The translations under genes and the position numbers were made by a program. Positions 39,552 through 49,585 of a DNA stretch of 64,000 bases are shown one piece after another. The stretch covers positions 64,001 through 128,000 of the forward strand of contig CBDVDR010000004.1 of the NCBI GenBank assembly GCA_965372795.1, given 5' to 3'. Position 1 is the first letter of the stretch. Each line of letters starts with the position of its first letter. The notes under the pieces were generated by a model, which did not search any database, had not been told where the DNA came from, and saw only the letters and a list, made by a program, of their open reading frames with translations. Source of the DNA: an uncultured bacterium (lineage in GTDB: Bacteria > Zixibacteria > MSB-5A5 > GN15 > FEB-12).

Positions 39552-40367
39552 CTAATTTATTATATCTAAAATTGCCTGCTGATAAGAAGGATCATCAAGA
39601 TAACCCCGGTCATTATGACCACCCTCAAGAATAAAAAACTTTTTCGGCTCGTTTGCTTTTTCATAGAGCTGCTCTGACATTGAAAACGGAATCATCTCAT
39701 CAGTCTTAGAATGAGTGATCAACACAGGACAGTTGACTTTGTCAATTTTATCGATTGAATTCAATTTATAACGCATCAAAAGTCCGATCGGTATCATCGG
39801 AAACATGATTTTCCCCATATCAACGGCTGATGTAAACGATGATTCAACAATCAACCCCTTGCAATCAACATTCATAGCCAGATCTATCGCCGGGACTCCG
39901 CCTAAGGAACGTCCAAAAATTATAATATTTTTTTTATCAATTGATTTTTCATTTACCAGCCAGTCAAAACCTGCTCTTGCATCCTCATAAATATTTTGCT
40001 CCGATGGTTTTCCATCAGATTCCCCATAACCCCGATACCCTAACAACAAAATATTTATATTCCGCTTAACAAAAAACTCAGCCGTCAGTAACCGGTGAGA
40101 GATATTGCCGCCATTACCCTGACAGAACAAAACAGTTTTGGTTGAATCAGATTGATTCTGAGCCGGCAGATACCAACAAATTATTTTTTCTGTTTTACTA
40201 ACTAAAATATTTATTTCTTCATAAGCCAAATTTAATTGGTCAGGAGTTACGGAAATATTTTTTGAAGGGACAAAAACCATTTTATGCTGATTCAGATAAA
40301 CATATAAACTAAAGACCAAAAATGTTCCACCGAGGATCGTAACTGTCCAAATAAGAAATTTAATCAT
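39552..40367 (-). CDS. Membrane-anchored alpha/beta hydrolase
   Basis: GYRGYGES, GRSLGG nucleophile elbow, DEMIP, GGHND. Confidence 0.9.
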   Translation of the reverse strand: MIKFLIWTVTILGGTFLVFSLYVYLNQHKMVFVPSKNISVTPDQLNLAYEEINILVSKTEKIICWYLPAQNQSDSTKTVLFCQGNGGNISHRLLTAEFFVKRNINILLLGYRGYGESDGKPSEQNIYEDARAGFDWLVNEKSIDKKNIIIFGRSLGGVPAIDLAMNVDCKGLIVESSFTSAVDMGKIMFPMIPIGLLMRYKLNSIDKIDKVNCPVLITHSKTDEMIPFSMSEQLYEKANEPKKFFILEGGHNDRGYLDDPSYQQAILDIIN

Positions 40368-40387
40368 TACAATTTTTTGTGACTAAG

Positions 40388-41929
40388 TCACTCCCATTCA
40401 ATAGTTGCCGGGGGTTTCGATGATATGTCGTAGGTCACGCGGTTCACCTGTTTTACCTCGCGGATAATCCGGTTTGAAATAAAAGCCAGTATCTCATGAT
40501 CAATCCTTGACCAATCGGCAGTCATGCCGTCAACTGAAGTAACCGCCCGCAATGCGACAACATTTTCATAGGTGCGTTCATCACCCATCACTCCAACTGA
40601 TTTAATCGGCAGTAACACCGCAAAAGCCTGCCAGATATCATCGTATATTTTATGATTATACAGTTCATCTATAAAAATAGCATCAACTTCCTGTAATATT
40701 TTAGTGCGTTCTCTGGTAATGTCGCCCAGAATTCTAACGGCAAGACCCGGTCCGGGGAACGGATGGCGACCGATAAAATTATCAGACAGTCCAAGCTTTT
40801 TACCAATCTCGCGCACTTCATCTTTAAAAAGCTCTCTTAGCGGTTCGACTAATTTCAATTTCATTTTGTCTTTTAAGCCGCCGACATTATGATGCGATTT
40901 AATTGTAACCGAGGGACCTTTAAAAGAAACCGATTCGATCACATCTGGATACAGAGTACCCTGTCCAAGAAAATCCACTCCTCCAATTTTTTCAGCTTCT
41001 TCTTCAAAAACATCAATAAAGGTTGTGCCGATAATCTTTCTTTTCTTTTCAGGATCAGAAACACCCTCAAGCCGATCAAGAAACAGATCAGAGGCATCAA
41101 CAGGATGTAGATTGATATTTAAAGTTCCCAGCATCTCGCAAACGGTTTCAAATTCATTTTTTCTTAATAAACCGTTGTCGACAAAGACACCATGAAGGTT
41201 TTCTCCAATGGCTTTGGAAAGAAGCATCGCCGCCACAGTTGAATCGACCCCGCCGGAAATGCCTAAGACAATTTTTCCATTACCGACCTGTTTACGGACA
41301 GACTCGATAGTGCTGTCGATGAAGGCTTCCGATGTCCAGTCAGCTTTCATTTTACAAATATCAAAGAGAAAATTGCTGATCACATTTTTCCCTTCGACCG
41401 AATGATGAACCTCGGGGTGAAATTGCAAGCCGTAAATCTTTTTCTTTTCGTTTGAAATAGCTGCGATTTCAAGGGAGTCGGTTGAACCGATGGTACTGAA
41501 GTTTTCGGGAAGTTTTATGATTGAATCAGCATGTGACATCCAGACCTGACTCTTGGCCGGTACAGAATCCATAATTGCTGATGAGTTTGATGGTGTTAAA
41601 ATCGCCCGACCATATTCTCTGGTTTGGGACTGTACCATCTCTCCGCCATAGTTCAGTACAATCAAAGACATCCCATAGCAAATACCTAAAATCGGTTTAT
41701 CTGTTTCATAAAATGATGGATCCAAACGGGGGGTTCCTTCATTGAGTGTCGATGCCGGTCCGCCGGAGAGAATATATCCTTTGATATTTTTATCATTATA
41801 AATGGAAAGATCAGAATTATAAGGAACTATTTCACAGTAAACTTGAGTTTCACGAATTCTTCGCGCAATTAGTTGTGTATATTGAGAACCAAAATCAAGT
41901 ATCAGAATCATCTCATGCTGAACGGACAT
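40388..41929 (-). CDS. guaA: GMP synthase (glutamine-hydrolysing)
   Basis: LDFGSQY, GICYG, QFHPEV, SGGVDS, IKSHHNVGG, KPPATIEWE. Confidence 0.98.
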   Translation of the reverse strand: MSVQHEMILILDFGSQYTQLIARRIRETQVYCEIVPYNSDLSIYNDKNIKGYILSGGPASTLNEGTPRLDPSFYETDKPILGICYGMSLIVLNYGGEMVQSQTREYGRAILTPSNSSAIMDSVPAKSQVWMSHADSIIKLPENFSTIGSTDSLEIAAISNEKKKIYGLQFHPEVHHSVEGKNVISNFLFDICKMKADWTSEAFIDSTIESVRKQVGNGKIVLGISGGVDSTVAAMLLSKAIGENLHGVFVDNGLLRKNEFETVCEMLGTLNINLHPVDASDLFLDRLEGVSDPEKKRKIIGTTFIDVFEEEAEKIGGVDFLGQGTLYPDVIESVSFKGPSVTIKSHHNVGGLKDKMKLKLVEPLRELFKDEVREIGKKLGLSDNFIGRHPFPGPGLAVRILGDITRERTKILQEVDAIFIDELYNHKIYDDIWQAFAVLLPIKSVGVMGDERTYENVVALRAVTSVDGMTADWSRIDHEILAFISNRIIREVKQVNRVTYDISSKPPATIEWE

Positions 41930-41930
41930 T

Positions 41931-43535
41931 TCATTTTTCCTTTTTAGCTAATTTCCCTTTAATGATTGTATCTTTTTTCAAACTATCGATTGTTTCAGGA
42001 TAATCTTCGACAAAATGCAAGCCTCTTGATTCTTTACGCATCAGAGCCGACTTTATAATCAATTTAGCCACCGTTGCCATATTTCTCAATTCGACAACTT
42101 TATAAGTTGCCGGAGTTGAAAGATAATAGGCTTCGATCCCTTGAGCAATAAGCTCGACTTTTTCCAAAGCTAAATTGAGTCTGTCAACAGATCTGACAAT
42201 CCCTACAAAATCCGACATCACGCGGCACAATTGTCGGCGGTCATGGGCAAGTAAAACTTTTTCACGCGGATACTGTAATGAAGAATGAATAGAATTATCA
42301 ACTGTGATCGTATCAGGAAGGGTAAACTTTTTAAAATAATCCATCGATTTTCTTGCCGCTTCTTCTGCCATAACGACCGCCTCAAGTAATGAATTTGAGG
42401 CTAATCTATTGGCGCCATGCATCCCGCTGAATGCAACTTCACCGGCAACAAACAAACCGGGTAGTTCTGTTTGCCCGCTTATATCTGAAACAATACCGCC
42501 ACAGACATAATGCGCAGCCGGGACAACCGGAATCGGTCGTTTGGTAATATCAAAACCTCTTCGCAGACATTCCTTATAAATATTGGGGAATCTATTTTTA
42601 ATAAACTCCGAATCAAGATGGCTGACATCCAACAACACAAATTCTTCGCCGCTCTCTTTTAATTCTTTGTCAACAGCACGTGCCACAATATCACGCGGTG
42701 CTAATTCTTTTAATTCATGCGTGCCATCCATAAAATATCTGCCGTCAATTGATTTCAACCGACCGCCCTCTCCCCTAACTGCCTCTGATATCAAAAACGG
42801 CCAACGTCCGGGAGTATAAAGCGAGGTTGGGTGGAATTGAATAAACTCCAAATTACCGATTGATAACCCAGCCCGATATGCCATAGCAACTCCATCACCG
42901 GTTGCAATTTTGGGATTAGTATTATGAAAATACACTTGCCCCATTCCACCACTGGCTAATAAAGTGACCGAGGCATAGAAGGCATCAAACTGACGATTCT
43001 CCTCAGCGAATACAAAAGCTCCAGCGCAAAATTCTTCACCCTTTAATTTGCCTTTAATAAGATCAAGAACTATATGGTCACGATAAATATCTATATTAGG
43101 ATAACTTCGACAGGCTTTTAAAAGAGCGCGTTCGATTTCTTTTCCGGTTAGATCTTTTGAGTGCAGAACCCGTTCCTGAGAATGACCTCCTTCACGCCCT
43201 AAATCGAAACTTCCATCAACTTGAGAAAAACGAACGCCTAAGGCAATAAGTTCTTCGATCACTTTTGGTCCGGCTTCAACAATCTGCTTTACAATCGATT
43301 CATTACAAAGACCGGCACCCGCTTTTAAGGTATCTTCAATATGAGAGTTAAAAGAATCAACTCCTGATAAAACAGCAGCAATTCCGCCCTGTGCTCGATT
43401 AGTGCTTGAGACAGTTTCACCTTTTTTTGTGACAATAGCAATTCTGGCATTAGGGTTTGCAGTAATTATCTTTACAGCATAAAACAACCCTGCAATACCC
43501 GAACCAATCACAAGATAATCATATCGTTTTTCCAT
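41931..43535 (-). CDS. nadB: L-aspartate oxidase
   Basis: GSGIAGL, AQGGIAAV, QFHPT, SEAVRGEG, HGANRLASNSLLE. Confidence 0.95.
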   Translation of the reverse strand: MEKRYDYLVIGSGIAGLFYAVKIITANPNARIAIVTKKGETVSSTNRAQGGIAAVLSGVDSFNSHIEDTLKAGAGLCNESIVKQIVEAGPKVIEELIALGVRFSQVDGSFDLGREGGHSQERVLHSKDLTGKEIERALLKACRSYPNIDIYRDHIVLDLIKGKLKGEEFCAGAFVFAEENRQFDAFYASVTLLASGGMGQVYFHNTNPKIATGDGVAMAYRAGLSIGNLEFIQFHPTSLYTPGRWPFLISEAVRGEGGRLKSIDGRYFMDGTHELKELAPRDIVARAVDKELKESGEEFVLLDVSHLDSEFIKNRFPNIYKECLRRGFDITKRPIPVVPAAHYVCGGIVSDISGQTELPGLFVAGEVAFSGMHGANRLASNSLLEAVVMAEEAARKSMDYFKKFTLPDTITVDNSIHSSLQYPREKVLLAHDRRQLCRVMSDFVGIVRSVDRLNLALEKVELIAQGIEAYYLSTPATYKVVELRNMATVAKLIIKSALMRKESRGLHFVEDYPETIDSLKKDTIIKGKLAKKEK

Positions 43536-44620
43536 CAGATAACCGCTTTTTTTAAATTCAATTTAGACAGCAAATTCTTTATCAATTTTTCTTCTCCCGG
43601 ATCAAGATCAATCACCTGATTAATATAATATATTTCTCTACCAAAATCAAAGTCACCCAATTTAACCCAATCTTTACCGGTTGTCACTATAACATCTGAA
43701 TCAAACAGGTCGGCTTTTGCTTTAATTTTTTTCAGAGTCTCTAAATCATAATCCTGATGATCTGAAAATTCCCAGGCAAAGTCAATATCAGTACTCAAAG
43801 CAGAAACCTGCTTTTTAAACGCCTTAAAATTACCAATCCCGGCAAAGATTAAGAGAGATTTATCCTCAAGATACTTAACTGACAAATTCCTCTCTTTGCC
43901 GACAAGTTCCGTTGCAGTAAATCGGGCATGGTATAAATCGACAAATGGATTATACGACAAGATTTCTTCTTTAAGTTTGGAAATATCACGGCTAAAATCA
44001 GACCGGGTGATAATTATCTGATCGGCACGGCTTAAAGCTGACAAAGATTCACGCAACACACCATAAGGGAAAAATTTCAACAACTTCTTTTTTACGGCAG
44101 CATCAAACGTTACAATATCAAAATTCCGATATAGTTTTTTGTGCTGAAAAGCATCATCTACAATCAATAGATCAACTTTATGCTGAGAAACCAAATTTTT
44201 TGCTGCCTCTGATTTCAAATTTGAAATTGAAAAAATTGCTTCAGGAAGTCTGTTAGCAAGAAATATAACTTCATCACCTATGTTTTCTGTTTTCATTTTA
44301 AGAAGTTTATATCCCCTCTCAACATAATCCTTATCAGATTTCCTACCATAGCCTGATGATACAATCCCAACTTTGAGACCTTCCTTGAGCAAAGCTTCAG
44401 CAATAAAAGCTACAACCGGAGTTTTCCCGGTTCCTCCAACGGAAATATTGCCTACCGAAATAACCGGAACATCTACTTTTACAGTTACTGATGTAAATGC
44501 AGAGTGGATTTTTTGTCCCGCTCGATATAGCCATGAAAACAACCATAACAAAAAGGCTGGTATCATCCAGATAGAAAATGGTTTACGATGAATAATTCTT
44601 TTCCAGATTTGCTCAAACAT
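43535..44620 (-). CDS. lpxK: Tetraacyldisaccharide 4'-kinase
   Basis: VGNISVGGTGKTP, GDE, DDAFQH, FSDH. Confidence 0.95.
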   Translation of the reverse strand: MFEQIWKRIIHRKPFSIWMIPAFLLWLFSWLYRAGQKIHSAFTSVTVKVDVPVISVGNISVGGTGKTPVVAFIAEALLKEGLKVGIVSSGYGRKSDKDYVERGYKLLKMKTENIGDEVIFLANRLPEAIFSISNLKSEAAKNLVSQHKVDLLIVDDAFQHKKLYRNFDIVTFDAAVKKKLLKFFPYGVLRESLSALSRADQIIITRSDFSRDISKLKEEILSYNPFVDLYHARFTATELVGKERNLSVKYLEDKSLLIFAGIGNFKAFKKQVSALSTDIDFAWEFSDHQDYDLETLKKIKAKADLFDSDVIVTTGKDWVKLGDFDFGREIYYINQVIDLDPGEEKLIKNLLSKLNLKKAVI

Positions 44621-45851
44621 TTTTTATTATCTTTAATATATATTCACCAGCATTTGAAGTTGGTGATCCTTTTTCATCAGTTTCGGTCTTGATGTTAAGC
44701 TTTAATTGCTTTAAATAAACTGATTCTACAACTGAAAACAAATCATCTTTTGAGTTAATTTGTCTTCCAAAATTATGCTCTAAAATATATTCAGAGGACT
44801 CTTTAACATTAGCAATGTAGGGTCCGTAAATTACCGGTGTACCAGCCCAAACCGGCTCAAGAATATTATGTCCGCCCTTATCAACCAGAGTACCGCCTAC
44901 AAAGGCTAAATCGGAAGCCAAATATAAATCATTCAATATCCCGATTTGATTAACCATGACAATATCTTCAGATTGATTAACTGATCCATATATTTTAAGT
45001 TTAATTTCGCCCTGAGTTAATTCATGGGATAATTGTTCACACCGCTCTATATGACGGGGAGCTAAAATCAGTTTAAAATTCTTATATTTCCCCTGCATCT
45101 TTTGAAGTAAACAAACTAATAATATTTCTTCCCCCGGTCGGGTTGATCCGGCAACTAATATAAAATCATCATCTGATAATCCCGCTCGATTTCTAATTTC
45201 TCTAATTCTTCCCTCGGATCGGTTCAAAATAGGGGCATCAAATTTCATATCTCCTGCTATAAATACTTTTGAAGGATCAGCTCCGCACCTGATATATCTA
45301 TCAGCATCAACTTTGGATTTTACGAACATTCTGGCATAGAATGGGAGAATCTTTTTCAAACTGCTCTTTAATAATTTATAGCGTCCAAAGGCTTTTTCCG
45401 ACATCCGACCATTAATCAAAACTACAGGAATATTTTTTTTTAAGGCTATTCTGAGAAAATTGAACCAGATTTCTGTCTCAGCAATAACAATGACTTTTGG
45501 TTTAATTTTATTGAATGTTTTGTTAACCGCTTGAGATGAATCTAATGGGAAAAAAGATATTGTTACATCATCTCCAAAATCTTTTATAGCGGTATTAAAA
45601 CCATTTTGAGTAAAGGTTGAGATATGCACTTTAATAGCAGGATTATTTTCCTTAAGAAATTTGACAATATGATTGATTACTTTGACCTCTCCCACCGAGG
45701 AAGCATGTATCCAAATATCAGCTTTTTTTGAATCAATTTCTCCAAGTCTCCCCTGCCAGAGTTGATCTCCGTTTTTGGCTTTTTTTGATACAAAGGGATA
45801 AATAACCAGATAAACTATTCCGGTTACTATTTTATATAGAAAAAGAATCAT
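44613..45851 (-). CDS. waaA: Kdo transferase
   Basis: WIHASSVGE, AETEIW, APRH, GGHNILEP. Confidence 0.95.
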   Translation of the reverse strand: MILFLYKIVTGIVYLVIYPFVSKKAKNGDQLWQGRLGEIDSKKADIWIHASSVGEVKVINHIVKFLKENNPAIKVHISTFTQNGFNTAIKDFGDDVTISFFPLDSSQAVNKTFNKIKPKVIVIAETEIWFNFLRIALKKNIPVVLINGRMSEKAFGRYKLLKSSLKKILPFYARMFVKSKVDADRYIRCGADPSKVFIAGDMKFDAPILNRSEGRIREIRNRAGLSDDDFILVAGSTRPGEEILLVCLLQKMQGKYKNFKLILAPRHIERCEQLSHELTQGEIKLKIYGSVNQSEDIVMVNQIGILNDLYLASDLAFVGGTLVDKGGHNILEPVWAGTPVIYGPYIANVKESSEYILEHNFGRQINSKDDLFSVVESVYLKQLKLNIKTETDEKGSPTSNAGEYILKIIKNV

Positions 45852-46969
45852 TTCAATTTCTCGCTGATTATCTTTGCAGTTCTTTCAGATGCTCCGGTTC
45901 CACCCAAAATTATTGGAATATTTTTCAGTTTCTCAACTGTTTGATCATAATATTCATTATCATTCCAAAATTTCTCAAGCTCTAAAAATATTCCTTCAGG
46001 AGAGGCATCATGTTGAATAAGTTCCGGAACAACTTTTTCGTCCATAACCAGATTTGCAAGGGCAATTTTATCAAGCTTGACAAGTCTTTTTGCAATCTGA
46101 AAAGTGATCTCTCCGGTACGATAGATCACTACCATGGGACGTCCGATAATTCCCGTTTCCAATGTTGCGGTACCAGAGGCGGTGACAACCATGGTGCTTT
46201 CAAATATTAACTGTCGGGCATTGTTGTATTCGATTGTGATGTCATCATCGGAATACTTATTTATCGCCTGTTCATAATCGTATACGCCTTTAATCGCCGC
46301 AACCTTTGCCTTTGTCCCATACTTGTTGTTAAATCTCTTGGCTGCCAGCAACATCGGTTCAAGCATCCTTTCGATTTCCTGTGGTCGCGATCCGGGAAGA
46401 AGCCCGATTGTTGCAGGTTCATCAATCTTTTTAGAGCTTAAAGAACTTATAAAATTAGACGGGATATCCTCCAGCAGATAATGACCTACAAACTCAGACT
46501 TAACATTATGATTATCAAAAAATTCTTTTTCAAAAGGAAGGATTACCAGACAGACATCAATCAACTCTCTTATATCATTAACACGATTTTTTCCCCAAGC
46601 CCAGACTTGCGGAGTAATGTAGTAAATGATAGGGATATTCAGTTCTTTTACTTTTTTTGCCAGACGTAGATTAAATCCCGGGTAGTCTACCAAAAGGATG
46701 ACATCAGGCTTATTAGTTTTTATTTCTTCAAGACAGGTATGAAATAATTTCCGAAAGAACAGATAATTGCGGGCAACTTCCCAAAACCCCAAAACAGCCA
46801 GATCTTTTCCTGAAGCTAACTGCTTTTGACCGAGTTTTTTTAAACGTTCTCCGCCCAACCCGGTAATATTTAAATCAGGGTATTTATGTTTGAGGACCTC
46901 GACAACTCTGGCGGAGGCATTATCACCGGAGGGATCTCCTGCGGAAAGAAATATCGAAGGACTTTCCAT
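45848..46969 (-). CDS. lpxB: Lipid A disaccharide synthase
   Basis: AGDPSGD, VDYPGFN, PQVWAW, LLPGSR, SGTATLE. Confidence 0.96.
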   Translation of the reverse strand: MESPSIFLSAGDPSGDNASARVVEVLKHKYPDLNITGLGGERLKKLGQKQLASGKDLAVLGFWEVARNYLFFRKLFHTCLEEIKTNKPDVILLVDYPGFNLRLAKKVKELNIPIIYYITPQVWAWGKNRVNDIRELIDVCLVILPFEKEFFDNHNVKSEFVGHYLLEDIPSNFISSLSSKKIDEPATIGLLPGSRPQEIERMLEPMLLAAKRFNNKYGTKAKVAAIKGVYDYEQAINKYSDDDITIEYNNARQLIFESTMVVTASGTATLETGIIGRPMVVIYRTGEITFQIAKRLVKLDKIALANLVMDEKVVPELIQHDASPEGIFLELEKFWNDNEYYDQTVEKLKNIPIILGGTGASERTAKIISEKLK

Positions 46970-47965
46970 TTACATGGTTTCTGTTTGAAGCATTTTTGCT
47001 GAAGAGACCTTACCAATTCGTTCAACTTCCAGAGCAATTCGCAGCGCTTCAGTAGCATCTTCAACTGAAACAGCCACCTCAGTATCATTAATTACAGAAC
47101 TTAAAAAAGCCTTGAGTTCATTGCCAAGCATATCTTCACCGGTATCATTTTTCTTTAAATATGAAAGATTTTTACCTGATTTACCCAATGGGAGAGTCAA
47201 CGATCCTTTGACCTTTTCTCCATTGGACAGCGTATAAATGTCTGCCTGTTTTTTTGCTAAATCAAGCGAGTAGTACCCTGATTTCTGGAAAATTCGTAAT
47301 TTTCGCATAGCATTCAAAGAGATTCTTGATGCGGTCAGATTTGCCACAGCGCCATTTTCGAAAGTTAATCTGGCATTGGCAATATCCACTTGATCGGATA
47401 TTACTGCAATTGCAGATGATTGAATATCTACGACCTTTGATTTAATCAGATGCAAAACCAAATCAATGTCATGGATCATTAAATCAAGAACCACCGCAAC
47501 ATCAGTTCCCCGAGGATCAAAAGCTGCTAAACGATGCGCCTCAACAAATGCCGGAGTGACACCGCTCTGTTTTACAGCAACAACAGCCGGATTAAATCGC
47601 TCAATCTGTCCGACGGTTACTTTAATTTTATGTTCTGAGGCAATTTTTTTCAGATGATTTGCTTCTTCAACAGTAGTTGTAATTGGCTTTTCTATCAGAC
47701 AATGGACATTTTTTTCTATCAGTTTTGAAGCAACCTCAAAATGAAGGCTTGTCGGAACAACGATAGACACCGCTTCAACATTTTCAGCTAATTCATCAAT
47801 GGTCTCAAAAGCTTTGATATTATATTCTTCTGAATATTGTTTGGCTTTTTCCGGGTCCACATCATAAAATCCAACTAAATCCGAAGCTTCAATCTGGCTA
47901 TACCAGCGAAGATGATGTCTTCCAAGAGCTCCAACTCCTATAACAGCAGTTTTTATTTTTCTCAA
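46970..47965 (-). CDS. Gfo/Idh/MocA oxidoreductase, probable UDP-GlcNAc 3-dehydrogenase (GnnA-like)
   Basis: GVGALG, IEKP, GQIERFNP, DLMIHDID, LTASRIS; abuts lpxB. Confidence 0.85.
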   Translation of the reverse strand: MRKIKTAVIGVGALGRHHLRWYSQIEASDLVGFYDVDPEKAKQYSEEYNIKAFETIDELAENVEAVSIVVPTSLHFEVASKLIEKNVHCLIEKPITTTVEEANHLKKIASEHKIKVTVGQIERFNPAVVAVKQSGVTPAFVEAHRLAAFDPRGTDVAVVLDLMIHDIDLVLHLIKSKVVDIQSSAIAVISDQVDIANARLTFENGAVANLTASRISLNAMRKLRIFQKSGYYSLDLAKKQADIYTLSNGEKVKGSLTLPLGKSGKNLSYLKKNDTGEDMLGNELKAFLSSVINDTEVAVSVEDATEALRIALEVERIGKVSSAKMLQTETM

Positions 47966-48052
47966 TCTATATCCTAACCAATTATTGCATTAATTTGATG
48001 AAAGATAATAGTCTGTAATCAGAAATAAAGCTGTTTTTGATAATAAGTTTCC

Positions 48053-48079
48053 TCAAATTATGGATAACTAAACCGATAA
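48053..48079 (+). promoter_or_regulatory. Sigma28-type promoter of the orphan gene at 48169
   Basis: TCAA-N15-ACCGATAA. Confidence 0.55.
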
Positions 48080-48168
48080 CTATTATAATAACTATAACTT
48101 GTGGTGGAGGGACAATTCCAGCCCATTGTTCCTACTCCATTGTGAACCAACGACTAACGCGAGAATCA

Positions 48169-49572
48169 ATGAGCACTCCTTTGATTACAACACCAACTCC
48201 AATCCCTGAAAAAAAATCTGAAATTAGTAACTCTCTTTTCATTAATTGGCAGGGAGGAAGCAATGAATTCAAACATAGTAATTTATTAGACAATATTGAT
48301 ATTGAGGATTATAAAACTATCTTTTTTGATCCAGTTGGTTACGCCATTGCTTATGGCTTATGGTCATCAGATGACAACCTGACAACAACAAAATATACCG
48401 ATATTGATGAAAAAGTATTTATTACTTTTATTACAAAAATCAGTCATTTTTTGTCGAAGATTCAAAAATTTCTCGATGGAGGCGGATGTTTCGTTATCAG
48501 ATCAAATATTCCTGATTCTCATATAAAAATAAGAAAAATAACATCCAAAGGTTCACAGGCTTACACTGAATCAGTGCTTTCAAGTTTTTTCTGGCTTGAA
48601 GATATAATCGGAAAATATACTCTAAAATTTTCCAATATAAAATCAATGAAGTTTCTCAAAAAAGATAATCCTTTCAATGAGACTCTTGGCAATACCGCAA
48701 TAGATAATATTCAGGCGGTTACTTGCGGTGAAAAAGGTAAGCAGGAAATAATTGCTCTGACAGGATCAAATTATAAAATTCCGGCAATTTCGAAAATAAT
48801 TCCCAAAACTAATTCTGGATGCGTGTATATTATTCCTATATTTTCACATAAAGATGAACAGGAACTCCTTCTCAAAACATTTAAAGAAATTAATAAATCG
48901 AAACAAAAAACGATTTCCAAACCAAAGTGGGTTGAATACTACAATAATCTGGTTGATGATTTAAATCCATTCCGAAAAACAATAGAACAAATCGAGCTTG
49001 AACTAACTGCGTTAAATAGACAAAAACAAGTTGCGGAAAAAAACCATAAGGAATTTGAAGGACTTATCAATTTACTTTACAACATTGATGATAATTATTT
49101 TTATGCTATAATTACCTCAATGAAGCTTCTCGGTTATAATTGCACCATTACCGACATAAATAACTATATTTTTATCGCCTCTGAAAATAATGAAAATGAA
49201 AACAAAGCCATTTTCGGAGCATGCGGGAATGAATCCGGCGTTATCACAATCAAACAATTTCAAGCATTTTATAAATCGTTTGTCGATTACAACGAGAAAA
49301 AACCAATCAAAGGATTCTTTATTGGCAATGCAGATTGCCTGCATGAACCTCTTAAAAGAGATAAGTGGTTTGATCAGGAAGTTATTGAACTTGCCCGACA
49401 AAAAGAAATTTGCCTGATACCTTCATATGAATTATTTACATCGGCAAGTTTCATTTTATACAAAACCGACAATGAAAACATTGATCAATTAAAGAATTCA
49501 ATTCGTAGAGATTTGCTTAACAGTGAAACAATGTTCAAGGTTAATCGAAAAAAATATAATATCAGATTATAA
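48169..49572 (+). CDS. Hypothetical protein: GATase-like N-terminal region, coiled coil, degenerate PD-(D/E)xK-like C-terminal domain
   Basis: Long ORF; likely start ATG 48169 (track start 48037); PKWV, coiled coil, LLGY, KGFFIGN, FDQEVIELA, ICLIPSYELF. Confidence 0.75.
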   Translation: MSTPLITTPTPIPEKKSEISNSLFINWQGGSNEFKHSNLLDNIDIEDYKTIFFDPVGYAIAYGLWSSDDNLTTTKYTDIDEKVFITFITKISHFLSKIQKFLDGGGCFVIRSNIPDSHIKIRKITSKGSQAYTESVLSSFFWLEDIIGKYTLKFSNIKSMKFLKKDNPFNETLGNTAIDNIQAVTCGEKGKQEIIALTGSNYKIPAISKIIPKTNSGCVYIIPIFSHKDEQELLLKTFKEINKSKQKTISKPKWVEYYNNLVDDLNPFRKTIEQIELELTALNRQKQVAEKNHKEFEGLINLLYNIDDNYFYAIITSMKLLGYNCTITDINNYIFIASENNENENKAIFGACGNESGVITIKQFQAFYKSFVDYNEKKPIKGFFIGNADCLHEPLKRDKWFDQEVIELARQKEICLIPSYELFTSASFILYKTDNENIDQLKNSIRRDLLNSETMFKVNRKKYNIRL

Positions 49573-49585
49573 AACCAAAATAATA

